The notes under the pieces: generated by a model
What the model saw: only the letters and a program-made list of their open reading frames with translations
Told to the model about the DNA's origin: nothing
Database searches by the model: none
Program-made: the position numbers and the translations under genes
Shown: positions 54,231 through 64,000 of the stretch, in pieces
Layout of the letters: every line of letters starts with the position of its first letter
Numbering within the stretch: position 1 is the first letter of the stretch
From: Octopus sinensis
Taxonomy: Eukaryota
Reading direction: 5' to 3'
Assembly: GCF_006345805.1 (NCBI RefSeq)
Contig: NC_043003.1
Location: forward strand, 73,408,001-73,472,000
Length of the DNA: 64,000 bases

Positions 54231-54579
54231 ATGGCCACTGGTCACCACGAGGCTGAGGTGCAAGTCAAGCGTGACGCAGAGGCAGAAAAACAGGATGCTC
54301 TGTTACCTTACGCTGAACCTAACAACTCCGCCACCATCAACATCGACAACAGCAACAAATACAAAACAAAGGTCGCAAGGCCAAGCACCGTCAACACCAT
54401 CAGTGAGTCCACCACCACCACCAACACCGACAACAACACCATGGCAGAATCTGCTACTAAAACTGCTATCCCTACTAAAGACGTCGCCACCAATAACAAT
54501 ACCAACATCACCGCCACCAAAGACCGTGCCGTCAATGCTACTAATACTACTAACACCACCGCCGTCACCAAGAACGACG

Positions 54580-54640
<61 letters not shown>

Positions 54641-56348
54641 TTCCCTTCAACCACTGCTCACTCCATCACCAACAAGTGAAAAAATAACGACGACAAGCAA
54701 ACGAAATGCCGAAATTTGCGCTAATGCAGGACTAAATTACGCAGGCAATTTCCACCCCTTGCTAGTTGCATAATCAGCAACCACAAACCTACGACCCCAC
54801 CCCTGCCATCAACACCAACACCACCGGCAAGTAACAACAATAACAAACAACAACAAACTTCGCCGAGGCGATAAAAGAAAAGGTAACAAAAGTTTCGTTT
54901 ACTACACAACAGATTAAATATTGCAGAAACCTTATTACAAATCAAAACGGAAAAATACTCTTACACATACCTCAGCACATACTGAATGAGGAGAAAAAAA
55001 AGACAATTGTATATAAAATCACAAATAAAAAAACAAAAAGTCCAGAAAAGGCAAGCACAGACAAAGTCGAAAAGTGCTTACGCCCCATCTGGGGATACAA
55101 GGATTGTGTGACTTGGGCGAACAAGTTCGCACACGTACAGGTGGTTTTTCAGAATGAAGAGTTGGCGAAGAAATCTCAACGATAACCCTTCATTCTGATG
55201 AACTAACGTTGACACCGAGTTACCTCGGCCAGAAGGTGACGAAGTCATTATCAGTGGTGTCCCCCAAGTGACTACAACACTGTGGATTACATCCGCCTTA
55301 ACATCCGAAATGGAGGACATAAACATCCTAGATATCGGTGTTTCGGAAAACAAGGACTGGCTGGGAAAGAGAATAGAGTTCCTCTTCCACATAAGTCAAG
55401 AGGACATAAATAAAATCCCCACCCACGTACATCTTGAGGATGGCCGCAAGTTATACGTAGTAGTCGAGGGCAGAGAAGGCCACGATGCTATACATGTGGC
55501 AGTGAGGCACACCTCAAAAAGGAGTGCAAATCTGCCGCAAAATTACAACAACAACAACAGCCACAGGAAAAATCACAAAAGCCAGGATTATTGCCCACAC
55601 CACAATATGGACAGCTAGTCAAGAAGCTGTATGCGGAAATGCAGGAAAAACAACAAAGAACAAGCCAACCCAACCAAACAACACCAACACCAGCGCCAAG
55701 AACAGAATCATCACCACCAACAACAAATAAACCAATTCCAACACCAAGAATAACAACGAAGAAGACAAGCACCAAGGATGTAGGAGAGACAATAACCACA
55801 ACAACCCCCCAGCAACACCCTCCCCGCGCACCACAACAATATCTACAACCGCACAAACACACCCAGACGCTTTACCCTTGCCCCCTGCTGATTCGTCAGA
55901 CTTTTCATCTAACGATGAAAGTTCGACAGAATGGCAAATAGCCACAGGGGGTAAAAGAAAAAGATCAAGAAAAACCAAACAAGAAATCGCAACCAAAGCA
56001 GGGAGATACCTGAACCCTGAAAACTCCATACACAACAAAACAAGCACCAACACCACAAAAACAATGCTATCAGCGATAGACACAAAAGACTCCAAACTAA
56101 TGGAAGTACATCACAGGATACACAAACATTTGTGAAGATGACTTTAAAAATAGCAATCATCCACGCACTACACCACCCAAACACATCAAAATACTACACA
56201 TCACACAAACACAACACCACAAACTCAAAGCCCTCTTCCAAATGCTGTAGGGGGTTTCCAGAAATATCTGTCCCAAAAACTATATAGAAACCTCCTCGAA
56301 GACACATCAAAGAACGAGGAAGCCAAAACTTTCGACACAAGTAAGTAA
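54231..56348 (+). pseudogene. LINE B ORF1 (N/T-rich N-terminus, RRM-like region, CCHC knuckle), frameshifted
   Basis: MATGHHEAEV...; NILDIGVSENKDWLGKRIEF; CYTCGSEAHLKKEC at 55486-55527. Confidence 0.85.
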
Positions 56349-56398
56349 CTCTCTGTACTTTCATTTGTGTGTTTTAAAGCACTCACCCCAATAGAATC

Positions 56399-59300
56399 AT
56401 GGTCAAGATTGGTTGTGTGAATGCGCGTGGCTTGGGGTCTCCTTGGAAACAAGGATACCTCCTAAATGACATCAAGTCACATGATTTGGGAATCATAGCC
56501 ATAAATGAGACCAGACTCCACGAGCCACGGGCCCTAAAGTCCATGTTTGGCGGACAGTTTAACATTTATTTCGCTCCCTGTCTGCCGAGGATGGGCGGTA
56601 GTGGCACCGCGGTACTTTTTCACAAGAGCCTGGATCTCGAAGTCAAGACGATATTCGTAGACCCGGAGGGTAGACTGATCGTTCTGGATGTTGACAGCAG
56701 CAATGGGTGCGCTTTTCGACTCGTATCAGTCTACGCACCGCCCTTAACAGGTCGGGCGGATTTCTTTCGACGTCTAGAAGTATTCTTGGGAACGTCTCGT
56801 CCTTTACTCTTAGTGGGGGATTGGAATGCTACCTTGGACACGCATGTAGACTACGTGGGTAGAGACAGAAACAGAAGGGGATGCAAATGCCTCAGAGACC
56901 TGCTCAGACGATTCCAACTGTCTGACAGGTACCGACTCGACCACCCAAATGCACCAACGTGGACATGGAGCAACCGCAGTGGGTCGTCGAGATCGTATCT
57001 AGATAGGATACTGTGTAGGACAGTAGACAAGGATAACTTAGGATGTCCACAATTCCACACAGTCAGCTACACGGATCACAAATTGGTGACGTGTACGCTA
57101 GACTTAGATAAGGCACATAGACAGGGTCCTGGGTACTGGAAACTGAACGCATCATTCCCGTCCAGACAAGTTTTCAGAGACCGGATTAGCACACTAGTAA
57201 AGAGGGCTTTGACGGGAGCCATCATCAACAACAAATGGTGGTTTGCCCTCAAGAGAGCAGTAAAAGCAGAAGCGATTAGGTACAGCAAAGCACTAGCCAT
57301 AGATAGAAATAGAGTAGAGGGTGAGCTAGTTAAGAAGCTAGAAGAGGCAATTAGAAGCGGCATCGCATCCGACGTTTTGGCGGCGAGGTTGGCCCTCGAC
57401 CAACACTTCAACGCCAAACACGAAGGATGTGCTGTCAGAGCTAGGATGCGTGCTCTAAGGAACGAAGGTGTTGGAGCCGCGAGAGAGGCCCGGGTGGCAG
57501 AGGCGCAACAGGGCAACAAAGCCACCATTCGGTCACTGGTAGATGAACAGGGGCGCGAATTGCTCGAGCCAAGTAAAATGTGTGAGGCCTTTCAGCAGCA
57601 TTTTGCCCGACTGTTCGGGACGAGTGGAGGGCAAGAACGTAGGGTAGACTTCAGTGCCTACCTACATAGCCTGCCACGACTCTCGACAAGAAAGGCAGGG
57701 TGCTGCGAAGGTGCCATCACGGCGGCGGAAGTGCGGGAAGCGATGGCAGAATGCTCGAGAGACAAATCACCGGGTTTGGATGGTCTACCCTACGAATTTT
57801 ACTATTGTATGCCAGACTTGTTTGGAGACGTCTTGGCAGCGGTATACTGCAACTGGCAGCAAAACGGAGCATACCCGGTTTTGTGAGTCGAGGAGCTGTA
57901 ACTCTGCTGAAGAAAGATCCAAACAAGGGAAACATTATAGATAACTTTAGGCCAATCACTCTGCTCAATGCAGACCTGAAAATTTTGACAAAGGTGTTAG
58001 CCAAGAGGTTGGCGCTTGTCATGGAGAAACTGGTCGACAACGCACAAACGTGCGCCGTGCCGGGCCGGAGCATCCATGACAACCTCCATCTGATGCGCTA
58101 CATCATAGACAGGGTAGTTAACGAACCTGGCATGGGTGGGGCCCTGATCAACTTGGATCAATCGAAAGCCTTTGATAGGGTAGACCATCGATACTTGGAG
58201 GCAGTCCTGAGAGCGGCTGGTTTCGGTCCCGTCTTCCGCGGCTGGATAGCTGCTTTGTACAGAGGCATCCGTTCGGTAATTCGCGTAAATGGACATCTAT
58301 CGAGACCCTTCGACATTGCACGTTCGGTCCGTCAGGGATGCCCCCTCTCGGCGCTTCTATACGTATTGACTCTTGAGCCACTACTGCGGAAGCTGGCGAC
58401 TCTGAGGGGCATCCCGCGAGAATTAGGATGCGGGACGAGCGTGTCTGCATAAGCGGACGACGTCACCGTCATAGTGTCAAGCCACGAGCACATCGAGCGG
58501 GTCGGCGAGACACTGAAAGACTACGAAGCGGTGACAGGAGCAAAAATCAACCGGGAAAAGTCAGTGGGCTTGCGGCTCGGCACCTGGAGAAGCAAGCCCA
58601 TGCCGTCCACCAGTACCTCCGTCGTGGGACGCTGGACAGACGGCCCGGTTGAGTTGCTCGGGGTCTGGTTCGGTCCGGACCTCCAAATGGAGAAGAACTG
58701 GAACGAGATAACGAGTAGGGTGGTCACTCTCGCCCAGCAATGGGCCGAGAGGAAACTGTCCCTAAAAGGTCGGGCGGAGGTGGTGAACGCGTACATCGCG
58801 TCCATCATCTACTACCGCCTGACCGTCGTACCTTGTCCCGACCCTACCATCACCAAACTAGAACGCATCCTCTTCCGCTTCTTGTGGAAAGGATGCGTCC
58901 CGATGGTCAGGCGATCCATTTGCTGTCAACACCCGTTAAAAGGAGGGCTGGGCATGCCGTGGTTGATGATGCGCAGACACGCGCTGAGACTGCGACATCT
59001 CCGGCTCTATGTAGACGACGGTGAACAGGTGTGGTCGCCGTTTGTGAGGCACGCATTCCCGCAACTCGTCTCCATGACCGATCTACAGTCGTGGATCAAA
59101 AAGAGGCCGAAGGGCGAATGCACACCGCGAGTGTCGCATTGCTCTCAAGCAACTCTGCCGTCCCGGGTCGACCTTGAGTGACTTCAACACTACCAAAGCA
59201 TTCTATAGGGGATTAGTGGAGGGGAGGTACGACGACGAGCTCGGGGCAAACCTGGGCGTCGACGAGGAATACCTGACCCGCCTGTTTCAAACGACTTTCG

Positions 59301-59833
59301 GCCCGGGACCTATGGACAACTTCCAGAGATCCCTGGCCTGGCGGTGCTACCGAGAAGCGCTACCCGTTCGGGATAAGCTCTATAGGCATGGCTCGAGAAA
59401 CACGGGGCCGACCTGCCCGAGATGCGGGCAGAGCGACGAAACCGCTCTGCACGCAATCGTGCAGTGTCCAGCAATTTCCCACCTGTGGGCTTATGTCGAA
59501 CGACTGCTGTCACGTGTGGGACGTGTCGGTTTATCAGCCGAGTCTATTGTTAATATCGTCACGCCTCCTTCCTTCAAACGGGAAGGAAGAGCTATTTTTA
59601 TCATACTTGTGGCTATGGCGAAAGAATGTATCTGGTGGACGCGTCTGAAAGGATTAGAGACAAACACTTTCCTCTCTGGTCAATCTCTCATCAACTTCTT
59701 CAAGTATCACTTGAAGAAAAAGTGAGAGTAGAGAGGCAAGTTTTGTCTAGTGAATGTTTTAAAAAAAAGATGGGTGAATGTAGCAAGGATGGCACGTATG
59801 AATGACGAAGCCACCTTGACTATGATTCTATGA
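56399..59833 (+). pseudogene. LINE B ORF2 (APE, RT, CCHC finger), inactivated
   Basis: 495-aa open APE segment; RT motifs with YADD read as *ADD (TAA at 58450-58452); CPRCGQSDETALHAIVQC; several 1-nt indels. Confidence 0.96.
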
Positions 59834-60389
59834 ACCGTAAAAATTAATACAGAGAGTTGCTTATTTGCAAAAAAAAAAAAAGAAATATAACATGTGACTT
59901 CATTGACCGAGGTTACCGTGGTCTTTTCCGTAGGCTTTTCTTTCCACGGGTAAACCTCACCTGTCCTCCCCTTTACACTTCATATTGACATTTCTGTGAT
60001 AACGATCCCTATTGATCAATTTTTTTTCCTCTCCCCCTTTTTTTTTAACCCCCCCTTTTTTTGTCCTCTTTCTCTCCTTTTACGATCCCTTTTGATCGCC
60101 CCCCCTTTTTTATTTTATTTTATTTTTTATTTTATTATTATTATTTTTTTTTTTTTGTTTTTACCTTCAAAAGAAAACCTCTACCTTGTAATTTGTTCTA
60201 TCTGTGTGCAGCCCTGTGTGGCTAATAAAGAAACATATCTATATTTCTATCTGTCTATCTATCTGTCTATCTATCTATATATATAATTTTATACATATAT
60301 AATATATATATATATATCTATATATAGATAGAGAGAGAGAGAGAGAGAGAGTTGATAGATATATAACATACATACATACTTACTTATAT

Positions 60390-60447
<58 letters not shown>

Positions 60448-61639
60448 TATTCGTACATAAAGATATAAATATATGTTCATATATGCATACTTACATGCAT
60501 ACTTACATAAACACACACACACACGTACACACACGCACATATATGGATTCTGATCATAATAGGAAAGAGGAATTAAAAATGTAGATGTTGAGTTGAGAAG
60601 CACTTTGTTAGGAACACACATAGCTAAGTTGCCTAGTGAAAGCCATTGTAATTTACAGGGGTCGTAAGTAAACCTTCTTATGCGTCTCCAGTTTGTAAGC
60701 CCGAAGTAGAAACATCTTTATTATAAGATCACAGAGAATTATACAAAACCCAAAGGAATTGAGACATATTATTTAATCAACTAACGCACGTTTCGTGTTC
60801 AATGTCAAATTCGAACATTGCGATGTATAACTATAATGAATAACAATCTATCCTGTATTTGATGAACACAGATTCTATAGAGATAGAGATAGAGAAACGT
60901 AACACCATCCTATCCTTAGGAAAGCTTTGAATAAATAACATTTTAAAGGATATACATGTTTCTAACTATATGTGGCCAGTATAAGAGGTGGAGTGCTCTT
61001 TCATGAAACAACCTACTCAGGAATTACATTTATCGGACCATGATAGATTTCTAATATGGTACTTAGTATCCGCTATTATGTTGGCAAAAATTATTCCTCA
61101 TTTAAGCTATTACTGATCAATCGAATATGGAGAGGAGGATAAGTAGAACTGAGCTATTCAGGACACGACACAAATTTAATTAGATTAGTGTTAATTGAAA
61201 ATGTAAACTATAAGTACAGGAAGACAGGAGGCGTTTCTGAGAATTCTAAAGGAATATAATCAATCTATTATTCTAATATTGCATTTCATAAATATTACTT
61301 TTCTTTACAGAATAAATATTTAACATTCAAAGTAATTGTAATATGATAAAGATAAATTATGACTAAACTTAAGATGACAAAATATAAACTTAACATAAAT
61401 TACAAAGTTAAATAAATATTAAAACATAATTACAGAAAAAACATAAATAATAATTATAAAAATAATAATAACAACAATTAAAATAATAATAAACGCTAAT
61501 TAGAAAAATAAAATAACTTGGATAATTAGGTAAAATAGATATTAGCGTATCTGCTAAATAATTCTAATTATACTCGACTGAGAAAGACAGACCTAAACCT
61601 TTTATAACAGGTTTCACTAATCGGGAAGATTCTGGTTTC

Positions 61640-61995
61640 CAAATAAATATTTTAACCGTAACACTAATTCATTTACTTCATTTACGATGTTATATTGAGA
61701 GGAATGGCTATACAGTGTCTCCTTGAAACATAAATTGCATTTTAGTTTCCCTCCATTAGACTGCAGTGCACGACTTATAGAAAATTTAATATCGTACTTA
61801 ACATTCTTCTTTTTGGTGTTTCAGATGAACGTACTTAAAGAAGATAAGTTCTCTTTCGTTTCCATATTTAAAGGCAAATGCATGATTCTATTTTCCTGTG
61901 GTGCATCTAACTGTACAATACTAAGTACATTCTCCCTTAACTAAACATTTATAAATTCAGTTCTTTTCAGGCCTTTGGCGATCTAATGGATATTA
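61640..61995 (-). mobile_element. Penelope-like GIY-YIG endonuclease remnant
   Basis: YPLD...N*IYKCLV and LSTFI*NTKKKNVKYDIKFSISRA...KCNLCFKE...NEL match the PLE pattern CPL...IY...LS.FIW.LK..Y.I.W.I..A...CNLCL.EK..LN...EL. Confidence 0.65.
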
Positions 61996-62257
61996 TTTAA
62001 CCAGTTCAATCTAGTATTGACATTTTTCCGTCTGAAAATATCACATTCCATCTATTATGGTGGTGATCTATAAATAACTTCTGTATAAAGATATAATAGA
62101 TTTATTATACACAGCTAGGTTTGTCAGTTGATTTTTTATTAATATAGCTGACATCATTATTAATACGATTATTATTGTTATTATTCCTTCCACCCTCATT
62201 AATATTCTTATTTTTATTTCAATAGCTATTATTACTATTGTCGTTGTTTTTGTTGTT

Positions 62258-62988
62258 ATTTCATGAAAACTCTCAGCCTATTTTACTGGGTATGATGGAA
62301 AGTGTCTGCTCTCAAAAGCCAGAAAACTAAGGACAGTTGTTTATTGGTCGTGCTTCAAGACCCCTGCGAAGTATTCTTCCAGACCCAAGCAATGCTGATT
62401 TTTTGTAAGTATTCTATCTTTCCATTTGTACTAATCGTTTTGAGTCATAACGAATGATAGCTGAGTGCTGATTCTTCCTAGAGCACCAATTACTAATGGT
62501 ATCACCTCTAGTCTCCTCATTGACCACAACATTCGTATTTCCTTCTTCAAATTGTGTCAATTGTCCAGTTTTTTCTTCTTTGTCTTTAATCTATGTTGAT
62601 TATCATGCAATATCTTCTTTACTCACTACAACAATCTCCAGTACTCGATGTTTAGTTACTTGATCGCCCTGAATCCTTGCATCCCAGAGGATTTTGCAGT
62701 CTTCAATCTCGGTTAACTCCTCCTAGGTTTGCACATATCATGTCTTTGTTCTTGTTAGGCCACGATTTCCACAGAGCTTCCAATGGATCAATCCTGCCAC
62801 ATTGTCATATCATCTTATGTAATCATGTTGTGTCAAATTCGAGCATCCCATACTGATTCACCCCTTTTACCACACATTCTGCATTTGTAGCTCTCAGTAG
62901 TGTTGTCGATTCTGCACTTCATATAGGTAGTCCTTAACGCTTGTTCTTGTGCTGCGCATATAAGTGCTTTATATCTGTCTTCAGGTCA
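62258..62988 (-). mobile_element. R4/Dong-like RLE LINE 3' portion (decayed)
   Basis: ALICAAQEQALRTTYMKCRIDNTTESYKCRMCG, then ILWD/IQ and ALG motifs. The 3' end runs into a decayed (TAA/CAA)n tract at about 62150-62260. Confidence 0.8.
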
Positions 62989-63161
62989 ATCCTCCTCATT
63001 TAGAGCCACCGCTGTTCTGTATCTGTCTTTGCGTTTGTATCTCTTGCAAACTGACTGTACAAGTTTCCCCTTCCATGCGGTTTCTGTGTGTGTATGTGTG
63101 CGAGTGTTCTTTTTCGTTCTTTAGGCAACTATCAATTTTGATGAGCCCGGATTTCTTCACA

Positions 63162-63167
<6 letters not shown>

Positions 63168-63245
<78 letters not shown>

Positions 63246-63288
63246 GATATTATTAATATTGATGTTATTATTATTATTATTATTATTA
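63168..63288. repeat. (ATT)n microsatellite at the 3' junction of a Dong-like element
   Basis: Directly visible. Confidence 0.95.
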
Positions 63289-63865
63289 AATACTTGACTT
63301 TTGCTTTGTATTCGTACAAGTTGACTCCAAGTTTCGACCTGAGACCTCAAGAGACGACAACTTAAAAGTTCATATTTGTGTTATTCCTAGGGTGTCATAT
63401 ATTTGGTTTTCCATAGAGAATGTTTAAGAAACCATAAGAAAATTATAAATTTGTTCTCATGAGCATTATCATTTGAATTTGTGCCATTTTGGGATTTCCT
63501 GCTATCTGAGGCAGGTAGCAATCAGCCCCTTTTGCTATCATTCCTAGGGCATCTATGACAACAGGTATTGTTTTAGTCTTGAAGTTCCACATTTTGCCAA
63601 TTTCTATTTCAAGATCTTTATACCTGCTCAGTTTTTGTTAGGTCTTGACAGATACGTTTATATAGATTGGGACAGTCATATCAATGAAGAGGGATGATTT
63701 TTGTCTGAAGTCTTTCAATATGATGTCTGGCCTAGTTACATCTATCTTTCTGTTAGTTTGAATGGTGAGGTTCCAGAGGAGTGAGATGTGGCCATTTTCA
63801 AGTACAGGGGGTGGTTTGTGTTCCCACCAGTTTTTATCATGGGGCAAATTTTGGGAGAGGTATTA
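63288..63865 (-). mobile_element. R4/Dong-like RLE LINE 3' portion, second subfamily
   Basis: WWEHKPPPVLEN..LLWNLTIQTNRKIDVTRPDII..LFIDMTVP..*QKLSRYKDLEIEIGKMW..IPVVIDALG (PD..D...K RLE). The 3' UTR abuts (TAA)n. Confidence 0.88.
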
Positions 63866-64000
63866 GGGCTAGACAAAAGAGAAGTGGTGATAGTGAGTCA
63901 CCCTGGAAAGTGCCACATGAAATTCTTACATCACCAGCTTTTAGAGATTCAATGTCATTGTTCAAAATCAGTGGAATTCACTTAGATATTCTTTTGCCTG

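Larger units (their letters stand above)
54012..60235 (+). mobile_element. Full-length Tx1/L1-clade non-LTR retrotransposon, copy B (disrupted), with a 17-bp TSD
   Basis: Same termini as copy A. TSD TATCTATATTTCTATCT at 53988-54004 and 60236-60252. Confidence 0.96.

Noticed and set aside
60785-60830. Minus-strand hairpin followed by GAAACGT (hammerhead half)
   Set aside because: No CUGANGA upstream and no stem I.

Overview
AT-rich, microsatellite-saturated, non-genic eukaryotic DNA. The SINE families and repeat content point to a coleoid cephalopod, most likely Octopus (inference). No intact host gene, rRNA, tRNA or CRISPR array is supported. The window holds two full-length but disrupted Tx1/L1-clade LINEs (12962-18984, 54012-60235) plus an older fragment, all abutting (TATC)n arrays. 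It also contains R4/Dong-like remnants, two of them at (TAA)n-type tracts, Penelope-like remnants and hammerhead-ribozyme-bearing short elements at (TA)n, Tc1/mariner relics and many tRNA-SINE copies. The main things worth checking are: (1) a (TATC)n-targeting LINE with a 17-bp TSD and conserved splice-like signals ahead of both ORFs, where a 44-nt mini-intron would fuse ORF1 to ORF2 in frame; (2) type I hammerhead ribozymes, one inside a 548-bp retrozyme/pLTR-like unit; (3) many young fold-back palindromes, several centred on (TA)n and duplicating ordinary flanking DNA; (4) a possible heavily decayed cadherin-repeat coding sequence scattered on the minus strand. All alignments and translations were done by eye, so boundaries of degenerate elements are approximate.
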